IMG/VR virus record: IMGVR_UViG_3300044691_000274
Location: 1 to 64,000 of that record
DNA length: 64,000 nucleotides
Origin: a virus
Reading direction: 5' to 3' (one strand)
Position numbers and translations under genes: made by a program. Shown piece by piece: positions 27,812-37,458 of this stretch. The notes beneath the pieces were generated by a model. The model had not been told where the DNA came from. It saw only the letters and a list, made by a program, of their open reading frames with translations, and did no database searches. Every line of letters begins with the position of its first letter. Position 1 is the first letter of the stretch.

Positions 27812-29417
27812 CCTGAAGGCCACAGAGCTGACGAACACGGACGTCGACTTCGTTGCTTTCGTTAAGCACGGAGCCAACCGAATTCCGTTCCGCATCACAA
27901 AGTCAGAGGACGAACCCATGGACCTTTACTCTCTCGGCCGGCGCTTCCTGAACAAGGCGGACCTGGTCCCCACCGTCGTCGCGATCATCAGCAAGTCTGA
28001 AGTCGCCCCCGAGGTCCTGAAGGTGCTCCTCCCCGGCGCGCTGAAGAAGTCCGAGCAGGACGGCATGTTCACGTTCGTCGCGGAAGGCGCCAAGAGCGAA
28101 GGCGGAGTCCTCGTCAAGCTGGACGAGAGCCTGGCCGTCATCATCACCAATTCCAACCTCCGCAAGGCGTTCCCCGCTTCCGAGTCGGTCAACGGCTTCG
28201 GCGCCGCGCGCGCTGAGCATGACTTCCTCGTGGCGGACGCCATCGCGAAGGCAGAGACCCCGGCGCTCGCCCGCGACGCTATCGCGAAGGCAGGCGAAGC
28301 TTTTGCGGCTCACGTCGAGCTGCTCGCGGCGGTCCTCCCGGCCAACATCTTCAAGGCTGAGCAGCTCCTCAAGATCGGCTCTGGCAACGCAGAAGGCGCG
28401 GCCGGCACCAACCAGGAGACCGGCGACGGCCTCGGCGACAAGGCCAACGGCAAGGCCAACGGCAAGGCCAAGAAGTCCTCGGACGGCAAGACCCTCTCCG
28501 ATGAGGGCGATCCCGGCGCGAAGGACCCGCTGATGCCCGGCGCAGACGCAGGCAAAGGCCCACAGCGCGCCGCCAAGGCCGATGCAGGCAAGAATGGCAC
28601 CGGAGCTGGCGTCGAACTCGGCGCGGGCACGGGGACCAACCCCAACGCCACGGACGACGACGAGGACGAAGAGATCAATGCGGCCCCCGGCGAGCGCGTG
28701 TCGGGAGACAATTCCGGCCTCCCCGCCAAGGTGAACGCCAAGAAGGCCGCGATCGCAGCTGCCATGCTTGCCCTCACCAAGGCGACCGAGATGGAAGACG
28801 ACGACTCGACCAACGGCGCCCAGAGCGACGTTCCGGCCAAGGTCAAGGCGCCGACCACCAAGGATGCCAACCTCGCTGAGGTCCGCACGGTCGGAGCCAG
28901 CGGCGAAGGCGCGCGCCAGGCTGCGGCCGACAGCAAGCTCGACCATCGAGACACCGTCACGGACGAAGTTGGGGCCGATGGCCTCAGCAAGCCCAAGGGC
29001 GCGACCCTAAGCACTGAAGGCGTCCCGGCCAAGCTTTTGGCCCCGACGACCAAGAACGACGGCGACGCCGACATCGGCAAGGACGGGAAGGGCAAAACTC
29101 TCCCCGAAGCCCAATCCGGTGCCGGCGCGCAGGAGAAGGACGTTCAGACCCTCAAGTCTGAGACGGCCATCATGGTCGCAATCCAGGCGCTCGCTAAGAG
29201 CGTCCAGGAGAGCGTTGCCGGCGTGACCAAGTCTGTCTCTGATCTGTCCGTGAGGGTGGATGAGGTGACCGGCATGGCGAAGAAGACCGACGCGGCCCTC
29301 AACGGGACCGTGTTCGCGGAGAGCGGAGACGATCGTCAAACTTGGGCGAAGACCACCAAGTCCGACGGAGCCCCGCCGCTTCTCGACACGGGCTATGGCC
29401 GTCGCAGGACCGCGTAA
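27798..29417 (+). CDS. Scaffold-like head protein
   Basis: Between protease and capsid; low-complexity D/G/A/K centre, C-terminal coiled coil, many K-[AS] sites. Confidence 0.65.
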   Translation: MPRLDLKATELTNTDVDFVAFVKHGANRIPFRITKSEDEPMDLYSLGRRFLNKADLVPTVVAIISKSEVAPEVLKVLLPGALKKSEQDGMFTFVAEGAKSEGGVLVKLDESLAVIITNSNLRKAFPASESVNGFGAARAEHDFLVADAIAKAETPALARDAIAKAGEAFAAHVELLAAVLPANIFKAEQLLKIGSGNAEGAAGTNQETGDGLGDKANGKANGKAKKSSDGKTLSDEGDPGAKDPLMPGADAGKGPQRAAKADAGKNGTGAGVELGAGTGTNPNATDDDEDEEINAAPGERVSGDNSGLPAKVNAKKAAIAAAMLALTKATEMEDDDSTNGAQSDVPAKVKAPTTKDANLAEVRTVGASGEGARQAAADSKLDHRDTVTDEVGADGLSKPKGATLSTEGVPAKLLAPTTKNDGDADIGKDGKGKTLPEAQSGAGAQEKDVQTLKSETAIMVAIQALAKSVQESVAGVTKSVSDLSVRVDEVTGMAKKTDAALNGTVFAESGDDRQTWAKTTKSDGAPPLLDTGYGRRRTA

Positions 29418-29473
29418 AAAGCGGATTTTTTAACCAGGAACCGAGTGCAGTTGTCTGCACGATAGGAGATGAT

Positions 29474-30466
29474 ATGTCTAGCAACGGAAGCCTGCTCCGC
29501 AAGGCCGACCTCGCCATCGCGGACCTAGCCACCAACGGTGGTGAACTCAACCCCGAACAGGGCGCCGCGTTCATTCGCGTGCTCATCAAGCAGCCGACGC
29601 TGATCCGCGTTTGCCGCGTGGTCGAGATGATTTCGCCCGAGCGCAAGATCAACAAGATCGGCTTCGGAGCGCGTATCCTTCGCGCCGCGACGTCGGGCGT
29701 TGCTCTGGCGGCCAACGACGGCACGCTCGGCACCCGCGCCAAGCCCACGACCAGCCAAATCCAGCTCAACACGAAAGAGCAGATCGCTGAAGTGCGCATC
29801 CCGTACGACGTGATGGAAGACAACATCGAGCGTGCGACGACCGCCGGCAACGAACTGCCGAACACCGGTCCGGCCGGCCTCCGCCAGACGATCATCGACC
29901 TGATCGCCGAGCGCGCTGCGTTGGACATGGAAGAGCTGGGCCTCCTGTCGAACCTGGGCTACACCAACGGCGCCGACGCGGGCGACCAGGCGTTCCTCAG
30001 CCAGTTCGCTGGTTGGCTGAACAACGGCTTGACCAACGGCAACGTCTTCGACGCGGCCGGGCAGTCGATCAACAAGTCGATTTTCAAGCAGGGCTTGAAG
30101 ACGATGCCGTCGCAGTATCAGCGCAACAAGGCCGCTCTCAACCACTTCGTCTCCGTGAACAACGAGACCGAGTATCGGGACACCTTGGCTGATCGCGGCA
30201 CGGCGCTCGGCGACCAGATGACCCAGGGCACGACTTCGACGTTTGCCTTCGGTTCGCCGGTCGTTCCGGTCGCTCTCATGCCCGAGAGCAACGGCCTCTA
30301 CACGGACCCTGCCAACCTGATCTTCGGCATCCAGCGCCAGGTCTCGATGGAGTTCGACAAGGACATCACTGCCCGCGTCTACATCATCGTCCTGACCGCC
30401 CGCGTTGCCTTCCAGATCGAGGAAGCTACGGCGCTCGTCGCGTACGAGAACATTCAGACGATCTAA
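29474..30466 (+). CDS. Major capsid protein
   Basis: GG.LNPEQ...FI, KINKIGFG.RIL, PYDVMEDNIE, TDP.NLIFGIQR; AGGAG upstream; followed by terminator. Confidence 0.9.
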   Translation: MSSNGSLLRKADLAIADLATNGGELNPEQGAAFIRVLIKQPTLIRVCRVVEMISPERKINKIGFGARILRAATSGVALAANDGTLGTRAKPTTSQIQLNTKEQIAEVRIPYDVMEDNIERATTAGNELPNTGPAGLRQTIIDLIAERAALDMEELGLLSNLGYTNGADAGDQAFLSQFAGWLNNGLTNGNVFDAAGQSINKSIFKQGLKTMPSQYQRNKAALNHFVSVNNETEYRDTLADRGTALGDQMTQGTTSTFAFGSPVVPVALMPESNGLYTDPANLIFGIQRQVSMEFDKDITARVYIIVLTARVAFQIEEATALVAYENIQTI

Positions 30467-30493
30467 ACGAACCGTTGCAATTAACTGCATAGC

Positions 30494-30523
30494 GGGGTAG
30501 GCTTTCGGGCCTGCCCCTTTTTT
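30494..30523 (+). terminator. Intrinsic terminator after capsid gene
   Basis: GGGGTAGGC-TTTCGG-GCCTGCCCC then T6. Confidence 0.85.
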
Positions 30524-30536
30524 ATATGGTGCCACC

Positions 30537-30881
30537 GTGAGCGCGCGACGAAAGCCTGAACCAGGAACGGTTCGCGGCCTGTGCGTCAACCGCTGCGGGC
30601 GCCTGCAGATGAGTCGTGGCGACGGCAGGTTTCGGGCAGAGTGCCCAGCCTGTCATTCGCGTGCGTACGGGATCGAGCGTAATCCGGACACCAGGCACAC
30701 GGCGGGCTACCGGAAGCATAAGAAATTGATCTGCGCGGGATGCGGGTTCGAGCCGGTGCATAGGTGCCAGCTGGACGTACACCACAAAGACGGGAACCAC
30801 GAAAACGACGATCCGGGCAATCTGGAGACATTGTGCGCGAATTGTCATCGCCTGGTCAGTTGGAAGCAGAAGTGCAGTTGA
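30537..30881 (+). CDS. HNH endonuclease
   Basis: CxxC motifs, LDVHHKDGNHENDDPGNLETLCANCH. Confidence 0.85.
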   Translation: MSARRKPEPGTVRGLCVNRCGRLQMSRGDGRFRAECPACHSRAYGIERNPDTRHTAGYRKHKKLICAGCGFEPVHRCQLDVHHKDGNHENDDPGNLETLCANCHRLVSWKQKCS

Positions 30882-30963
30882 TTGCATTTGACGAGTGGTG
30901 TAGGGTCCGTAAATGGGCCTGCCCCTTTTTCGTCAGGGGCCGCTCTCGACAAAGGAGTGTCGC

Positions 30964-31152
30964 GTGACATCGAAAGTGACAGTTGAGGCGGACGGAAGTC
31001 TTCCTATCCGGGTGACCGAGAAGACGTTGGCGTATCCGTTCGTCGTGAGCGAGATCGCACACGTCTTGAAGCCGGGCGAGAGCCGGGTGTTCCACGTCCA
31101 CTCCGGCATGGACCTCGACGTCCACGAAGTCGCATCCACGGACGATGTGTGA
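30964..31152 (+). CDS. Small hypothetical protein
   Basis: AAGGAG upstream, GTG start. Confidence 0.5.
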   Translation: MTSKVTVEADGSLPIRVTEKTLAYPFVVSEIAHVLKPGESRVFHVHSGMDLDVHEVASTDDV

Positions 31153-31162
31153 GGAGCACCAA

Positions 31163-31624
31163 ATGGAAGTAGTTCTGCACGGCCCGGCCCGCCTGAACAA
31201 GCACGGTCACGTCTTCAACAAGGGCGTCCGGACACCGGTCAAGCCCAACCCTGCGCTGGAGCACGCGTTGCTTAGCGACGACCGGTTCGAGATTTTCGGC
31301 GAGCCCTCGGGCGAAGTCGACGCGGTCAACAGCCCGGCTCGGCGCCTCGACATGATCGAGGAAGCGATCGGCTTGCTTGAGCCGGACGACGGAAATTTCG
31401 ACGAAGCCACCGGCAAGGCCAATATCAAGGTCCTCAGCGAACGCACCGGCATCGCTGTCACAGAAGAAGAGCGTGACGCCGCCATGCGCCGGAGCGCCGT
31501 GCGTGACGACAAGCCCGCTCTCACGCCGATCACGACCGCCGACGTTGCGCAGGCCAAGCTCGATCGCGTCAAGCGCACGAACCTGCACTTCACTCGCCCT
31601 CCCGCCAACTCGGTGGACATGTAA
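31163..31624 (+). CDS. Hypothetical head-associated protein
   Basis: GAGGAG upstream; position after capsid. Confidence 0.55.
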   Translation: MEVVLHGPARLNKHGHVFNKGVRTPVKPNPALEHALLSDDRFEIFGEPSGEVDAVNSPARRLDMIEEAIGLLEPDDGNFDEATGKANIKVLSERTGIAVTEEERDAAMRRSAVRDDKPALTPITTADVAQAKLDRVKRTNLHFTRPPANSVDM

Positions 31625-32292
31625 TGCTCCTCGCTCAAGTCTCCGACATCCTGAGTGACCTCGGCTTCGACGCTATGACCGACATCACGTTTGCAGCAGT
31701 GCAGGCGCTTGATGCGGCCGAGCAACAGCTGGCGGCTGCAATGGATACGGAGTTTGAGCAGGGGACGTTCACCGACACCTTCTTCGTGACAGAGCCCCGC
31801 TATCGGCAGGGCCGCGTCTTCCAAACAGAGTTCAGGCTCAATCGCGCGTTCGTGACGAGCCTGACCTCAATCTACGCGAACAGCAGCATCGACGCGCTCT
31901 ACGGCACGGCCTCACCCCTCGGATCGTGGAGCAACCCCGTCGTCGGGACGCCCACCCCCGACACGACTCCGGACCTGTCTGCGTTCGTCACGCTCGAAGC
32001 TGAGAAGGGAGTCATCCGGGACATCCGGAACCCCTACCGCAACCAATATGTCCAGATCACGTACACCGCCGGCTTTCCGGTGGACCCCAGCTTGCCGAAC
32101 AGCTACCTCATCAGCGCTGTGCCGACGTGGCTGCAGCAGGCCGCTAAGATCGCGGCAATGATCGCCCTCTCCGACAGCCCGTCGCTGACCGAGGCGGATA
32201 TCAAGGTCGACACCAAGCTGCTCGGCCTCACCCTCAACTCGCTGCTCGGCCGCAAAATGCGGTACGCACCGATGTCGATCCTGCCCATCTGA
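31624..32292 (+). CDS. Head-tail adaptor
   Basis: VQITYTAGF..VP.WLQQAA pattern; gene order. Confidence 0.7.
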   Translation: MLLAQVSDILSDLGFDAMTDITFAAVQALDAAEQQLAAAMDTEFEQGTFTDTFFVTEPRYRQGRVFQTEFRLNRAFVTSLTSIYANSSIDALYGTASPLGSWSNPVVGTPTPDTTPDLSAFVTLEAEKGVIRDIRNPYRNQYVQITYTAGFPVDPSLPNSYLISAVPTWLQQAAKIAAMIALSDSPSLTEADIKVDTKLLGLTLNSLLGRKMRYAPMSILPI

Positions 32293-32300
32293 GGGCAGCC

Positions 32301-32951
32301 ATGTCGACCGCCTTCACGATGGAATTCGACTTCCGAGGCCAGCGCTTCAACGACGCAGCGGTGGGCCTTCAGGAGTTCTACAAGGTCCTGGAGAAGGACT
32401 GGGACGGCGCGGCCTCCCAGCTCTCGAAGTCGATGCGCGAGTTCCTCACCCAAGTCGTGCAGGCAATTGCAACGCGCGACGGTGGGGCGTGGCCCGGCGG
32501 CACGAGCGCGACTTCGCTCTCCAAGCGCAGCGGCGACCTGATCGCGGCGATCGCCGGCAGCGTCAAAGTCAACGGCTCAACCTTCGCGACGATTGAGGGC
32601 GAGATCGGGGCGCCTGGCATCCCATACGCGCGCATCCAGGAGACCGGCGGCACGATCAGCGCGAAGAACGGGAAGTTCCTTTGCATCCCGCTCCCCAGCG
32701 CGCTCGATGGCTCGGGGCGCCCGCTGCAGTCCAGCCCCCGAAATTGGCCCAACACGTTCTGCGCGCGGTCCAAGGCCGGCAACCTGCTCATCTTCCAGAA
32801 GCGCGGGACCCAGATCATCCCGCTCTACGTCCTCAAGACCTCCGTCACGCTACCGCCGCGCCTGAACATGCGCACGACGATCGAAGCCGGGGTCCCCTAC
32901 TTCGTCAACCGCGCGATGGACGACCTTGTCCGCGCCGTCCAGAAGGGCTGA
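32301..32951 (+). CDS. Neck / tail completion protein
   Basis: RSGDL..SV, PYARIQETGG.I.AK..KFL.IP, V.LPPR; gene order. Confidence 0.65.
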   Translation: MSTAFTMEFDFRGQRFNDAAVGLQEFYKVLEKDWDGAASQLSKSMREFLTQVVQAIATRDGGAWPGGTSATSLSKRSGDLIAAIAGSVKVNGSTFATIEGEIGAPGIPYARIQETGGTISAKNGKFLCIPLPSALDGSGRPLQSSPRNWPNTFCARSKAGNLLIFQKRGTQIIPLYVLKTSVTLPPRLNMRTTIEAGVPYFVNRAMDDLVRAVQKG

Positions 32952-32955
32952 CACC

Positions 32956-33462
32956 ATGGCCGAGAGTGATCGCAACCCGCTCGCCAACATGACTTCGATC
33001 AGGCTCAAAATCCTGGGGGCCATGGCCAACTCCTTCTCGGCCATGGACGCGTTCCATCCGCCGGAGGACCCATACGGGATCACCTTCGGGACGGTGGCGA
33101 TCGGCCCGCTGATGAAGGCCGATAACCGCAAGCGATATTCGCTCGGCATCGTGGCCGGTCACGAGAAGGAGGCGTTCGAGATGCCGTTCGTCATGTGCTT
33201 CCTGACGGTCAACGTCGAATTCCGGGTGACGATCAACAGCGACGACACGGCGCCAGGCATCATGATCGAAGAGGCGCTCACGGTCGTGAAGCGCAAGCTC
33301 ACGGAAGACCGGGGCTGGGGCGGCCTGGCGATCGACACCAAGGTCGTCAATTCCGAAGTCGACATGATCACGTATGGCGACCGCGCACCCCATGGAGTCT
33401 GCGTCGCCGTGGTGCAATATCGCTATGGGCAGCAGGACCCGCGCAACGACATGCCGACCTGA
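32956..33462 (+). CDS. Tail terminator-like protein
   Basis: SIRLKIL, D..WGGLA; gene order. Confidence 0.55.
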   Translation: MAESDRNPLANMTSIRLKILGAMANSFSAMDAFHPPEDPYGITFGTVAIGPLMKADNRKRYSLGIVAGHEKEAFEMPFVMCFLTVNVEFRVTINSDDTAPGIMIEEALTVVKRKLTEDRGWGGLAIDTKVVNSEVDMITYGDRAPHGVCVAVVQYRYGQQDPRNDMPT

Positions 33463-33589
33463 TCCCTGGCTTGCGTTCTGCGCCAGGCTTCGGAAAATAG
33501 GTTGACCCGGTTCGCTGCGTGCAGTTACTTGCACATAGCTTGGAGCCGGAATTAGCCCCCGGCGCACCACAACAGGAAAAGGTGCTCCA

Positions 33590-34945
33590 GTGACCGAACT
33601 CTCCGTGAAAGTTAAGACCGGCCAGTTTTCCGCCCTCAGCCACGTCTATGGTCGTGAGAAGGCCGGGCTCGCCAACATCATCCGCCAGATGCTCGTGACG
33701 ACAGCTCAGAACAAGGTTTGGGGCGCGTCCCTCAGCTCTTTCACCGATAACTCGACTGGCACCAGCACGCTCGGCGCCGTCGCCAATTTCGTGCAGCCGC
33801 CCTCTTCGACGGTCACAGCATCGCTCGGCGAAGCGACCGCGTCCCTCACGACCTCGCTCGGCAAGACCAAGAACGCCACGCTGGTCATGATGAACACCCT
33901 GAACACCACCCGCAAGCTGCTCGGCCTGCCGATCCTTAGCTACACGGAAGGCACGCAGGCTGCGGCCAACACCGTCCCGGCGCAAGACACGTCGGGCACT
34001 GGCGCGGTGGTTGGCTCGACCGTCACTTACGGTTCGGCTCTTGCCGCTACGGTCGCGGTCAAGACGAACATCTACGAGCTGCGCCAGGCGCTCAATGAAA
34101 TACTGGTCGCCATCGGCGCCCCGGTCGTTGGTGGAACCTTCAAGCACAATGATACCACGCCGTTCGTGGTGCTCCAGGCCATCCCGGCTCTTGCCTCCAG
34201 CGCGGACGGCACGAACTCGGTCCTGGTCACGGACGCCACCACGTTCCTGGCGTCGGTCGCCAACGCCTTCGCTTCGCTCGCGGCGACGTATAACAAGTAC
34301 GTCCCTGCGGCGGCCACGTTCGCTCTGACCGACAGCACCACGGGCACCTCGGCTGCGGTGCTCGCAGCCAACGCATCCCCGGCGCCTGCGGCCGGCGCGG
34401 CGACGACCTCGGCTCCCAAGGCTGGGTTCGACACCGTCCTCGGCGTCATCAAGAACGCAGTCAGCTCGCTGGCGTTCGCCTACAACGAACTCGCTCTCGA
34501 AGCGGGCGCGCCGTCGGCGGCTCTGGTCGTCGACAACTCAGGCGGCACGGTCTCCTCGACCTTGGCGGCCATCGCTGCTCTGACTGCGGTTGACGGTTCG
34601 ACCGGCACAGTCGCGGTCGACCAGGCCACGGCACTCGCGCGCATGACGGTGGTCAGCAACTCGCTCTCCAGCCTTGGAGCGGCAGTCTCGTCGCTGGCCC
34701 GCAACTTCGACAACGTCCCGCCGCTCGGCGTCGATGCTCTCGGAGGTGTGGTCGGCCAGACCTTGTCGGCGATTGCCTCCACGGGAACGGGCGTCGGCGG
34801 AGTGACCAACGTCACGCTCCTCAACGCGGCAGTGACCACTTGGTTGGCTGGGACGGCGAGCAACATCGCCTCCATCGCCACGGTCATCAACGCGGCGAAC
34901 GCGATGATGGTCACGACCAAGCCGCTCTTGGTCATCGCAGGTTAA
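33590..34945 (+). CDS. Ala/Thr/Ser-rich repetitive putative virion protein
   Basis: Almost no charged residues; recurring TD[NS]xxGT motifs; located before tail tube. Confidence 0.6.
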   Translation: MTELSVKVKTGQFSALSHVYGREKAGLANIIRQMLVTTAQNKVWGASLSSFTDNSTGTSTLGAVANFVQPPSSTVTASLGEATASLTTSLGKTKNATLVMMNTLNTTRKLLGLPILSYTEGTQAAANTVPAQDTSGTGAVVGSTVTYGSALAATVAVKTNIYELRQALNEILVAIGAPVVGGTFKHNDTTPFVVLQAIPALASSADGTNSVLVTDATTFLASVANAFASLAATYNKYVPAAATFALTDSTTGTSAAVLAANASPAPAAGAATTSAPKAGFDTVLGVIKNAVSSLAFAYNELALEAGAPSAALVVDNSGGTVSSTLAAIAALTAVDGSTGTVAVDQATALARMTVVSNSLSSLGAAVSSLARNFDNVPPLGVDALGGVVGQTLSAIASTGTGVGGVTNVTLLNAAVTTWLAGTASNIASIATVINAANAMMVTTKPLLVIAG

Positions 34946-34983
34946 GGGCAGCCATCGCGCACTCACACAAGAGGAATTGAACG

Positions 34984-36597
34984 ATGTCTGTCCTTCTGAC
35001 CCGCAAGGCCGTCCTCCAGGCCGCCATGGAAAGCGTGTACAACACGCCCCAGGCGGTCGGGGTCAACGACGGCTTCCTGATCTCGAACCCGATGTTCACC
35101 ATCAAGCCGAACGTCCTGGAACGAAACTTCGTCCGCAACGACCTGTCGCCGATGCCCATCATCATCGGCCGCAAGATCGCCTCCATGGAGTTCGAGACCG
35201 AGCTGCGAAGCAACGGCAACTCGAACACCGCCGCGTCGATGGTCCCCGCGCTGATCACCCGCCTCTTCCGGGCGTGCGGTTACGCGCTCACCAGCAATCG
35301 CGGCCCTGTCGTCAAGGGGCCATACGACTCGGGCACGTACCCGGTCGAGATCACCTGGACGCCGGTTGGCGCCGGGGCGACGGCCTCCGACGTCTTCACC
35401 GCAACGGCGCAGTTCGCCACTGGCGACATCGTCCATATCGGCTCGAAGGCGTACACCTTCCAGGCGTCGCTGACCAACGTGGACGGTAACGTCTGGATTG
35501 GCGCGAACGAGGCGGCTGGCTTGGCCAACCTGATGAACGCGGCCAACCTCGGCCCAGGCGCGGGCATTGCCTACGCTGCGGCGACGGTGAAGCAGCCTGA
35601 CGGGGTCATCGCGACCTCGACCGGCACCACGCTCACGGCGACGGCTCCGGCGATCGGCGCGTCGTATAACAGCGTCGCGACGACCTACACGCCAATCGGC
35701 TCTTCGGAAGGCTCCTGGGCGCATGCCACCCTACAGGGCGGCGTGGACCTCGCGACCAACACCGACGTGATCCTGTATCAGCTGACCTGCACGGTCGCCG
35801 GCCCATCCGGCACCGCCCAGATCGCTGTGACCTCGGACACGCTCGGAGAAGCGACAGCGGCAGCGGTCGTCACCTCGGCGACGCCGTTCACGATCGGCAC
35901 CAAGGGGCTGACCATCACGCCAGTGTTCGCGGGCAGCCTCACAGCTGGTCAGACCTGGTCGGCATGGCTGATGCCCGCTGGTTGGTCGCTCGACCCGATC
36001 TCGGACGTTTTCGAGAGCGCGACCCTCGTCATGCACAAGGACGGCGTGAAGCACGTCATGCCCGGCACGTTCGGCACCTTCGACATCACCGCGCAGGCCG
36101 GCAACTTCGCGACCATCAAGTGGATATTCACCGGCAGCTGGGTCGAACCGACTGACGATCCGAACCCGCCGCCGATCTTCGAGCGGACCTTGCCTGCGCA
36201 GGTGCAGTTCGCGCGGCTCCAGATCGGGACGTTCAAGGCGACGGTCGAGAAGTTCACCTTCAACCAGATGAACGACGTCCAAATCCGCCCCGACGTGAAC
36301 GCGCAAGACGGCTACAACGGCACTCGCATCGTGGCGCGCAAGCCCGAAGGCGGGATCAACCCCGAAGCCGACCTCGTCGCCAACAACGACTTCTGGGGCC
36401 AGTTCGCTGCCGCCCAGGAGATGCCCTTCCAGATGCGCGTCGGCAACGTCGCGGGCAACACGGTGTGGATGCTCGCAGCCAACGTGCAGTATTCCGGCAT
36501 GACCTACGGCGATCGAAGCGGCATCCTCGTCTACGACGCTGGCCTGCGGTTCGCCCGCTCGCTGGGCAATGATGAGGCCACGTTTTATTTTTGCTAG
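34984..36597 (+). CDS. Major tail tube protein with inserted beta-rich domains
   Basis: N-terminal LLTRKAVL.A..ES.Y..P, LFRACG; C-terminal YGDRSG..VYD..LRF; followed by terminator. Confidence 0.8.
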   Translation: MSVLLTRKAVLQAAMESVYNTPQAVGVNDGFLISNPMFTIKPNVLERNFVRNDLSPMPIIIGRKIASMEFETELRSNGNSNTAASMVPALITRLFRACGYALTSNRGPVVKGPYDSGTYPVEITWTPVGAGATASDVFTATAQFATGDIVHIGSKAYTFQASLTNVDGNVWIGANEAAGLANLMNAANLGPGAGIAYAAATVKQPDGVIATSTGTTLTATAPAIGASYNSVATTYTPIGSSEGSWAHATLQGGVDLATNTDVILYQLTCTVAGPSGTAQIAVTSDTLGEATAAAVVTSATPFTIGTKGLTITPVFAGSLTAGQTWSAWLMPAGWSLDPISDVFESATLVMHKDGVKHVMPGTFGTFDITAQAGNFATIKWIFTGSWVEPTDDPNPPPIFERTLPAQVQFARLQIGTFKATVEKFTFNQMNDVQIRPDVNAQDGYNGTRIVARKPEGGINPEADLVANNDFWGQFAAAQEMPFQMRVGNVAGNTVWMLAANVQYSGMTYGDRSGILVYDAGLRFARSLGNDEATFYFC

Positions 36598-36602
36598 TCT
36601 GA

Positions 36603-36631
36603 AAAGGGCCGGGGGAAACTCCGGCCTCTTT
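36603..36631 (+). terminator. Intrinsic terminator
   Basis: GGCCGGGG-GAAA-CTCCGGCC then TCTTT. Confidence 0.8.
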
Positions 36632-36660
36632 CATTTTGCAAGTAGCTGCACGGGGGCGAC

Positions 36661-36861
36661 ATGGCCTACGAGGTCAAAGTCTACGTCGTGCAGAAGGGCG
36701 ATCACGAGGGGAACCTCGGAGAGATACTCGCCGTCAAGCTGACTTACGGCGCGGCTCACGCGGTCGCCAAGCAGCACGCTCCCGCCAAGGTCCATTTCGC
36801 TGTCGCCGATAAGGCCGAGAGCCGAAACATTTTCGCGCACGGCGGCCTCCCGTTCAAATAG
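36661..36861 (+). CDS. Small hypothetical protein bracketed by two TGCA boxes
   Basis: 66-aa ORF between boxes at 36637 and 36869. Confidence 0.5.
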   Translation: MAYEVKVYVVQKGDHEGNLGEILAVKLTYGAAHAVAKQHAPAKVHFAVADKAESRNIFAHGGLPFK

Positions 36862-36933
36862 CCACTTGTGCAGCTAACTGCAAAGAGCTAGTGTGCTGCC
36901 ATCGACCAACGCCATACAGCCCAGGAGGCAGCC

Positions 36934-37458
36934 ATGGCCCTAATTGCGATGACGACGAGCGACCAGCTCGATTACGTTTCAATCCTTGATCCCGCCAAGA
37001 AGCTCGTCAAAAAGCCCGTCAAGCAGAGCGAAGCCGATCTCGCTGCCGGCCTTGAGGAAAAGGAAAAGTTCGTCGAAGAGTTCGAGATCGGACCCGGCGC
37101 AACCGTATTCAAGCTGCGTGGTTTGGACGTGTTCCTGATGGGGCACATCTATGACAACGCCTCGTCCCTGTCCGGCAAGTCCGGCTCCGATGAAGTCGGC
37201 ATCCACACCAAGGTCAATGCGACCAACCTTGAGACCGTCCGCCACGGCCTCATGGGCTTCGTCAACTTCGCGGACAGCAAGGGCGGCCAGGTCGTCTACA
37301 AAACCGAAAAAGCCGTGGTCAACGGGCGCAAGTACGACGTGGTCTCCGAGGAAACCATGAACGCCTTGGGCATACGGCTGATCCAGGAGCTGTCGAGCGA
37401 GGTCAAGCGCATCAGCGAGGTCTCGCGGGCAGAGGAAAAAAACTCCGTCGGGGCATAA
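36934..37458 (+). CDS. Tail assembly chaperone (G)
   Basis: Between tube and tape measure; AGGAGG upstream; slippery A-AAA-AAC near its end. Confidence 0.8.
   Translation: MALIAMTTSDQLDYVSILDPAKKLVKKPVKQSEADLAAGLEEKEKFVEEFEIGPGATVFKLRGLDVFLMGHIYDNASSLSGKSGSDEVGIHTKVNATNLETVRHGLMGFVNFADSKGGQVVYKTEKAVVNGRKYDVVSEETMNALGIRLIQELSSEVKRISEVSRAEEKNSVGA

Noticed and set aside
29410-29431. Terminator between scaffold and capsid genes (CCGC-N7-GCGG-ATTTTTT)
   Set aside because: Only a 4-bp stem; too weak to call
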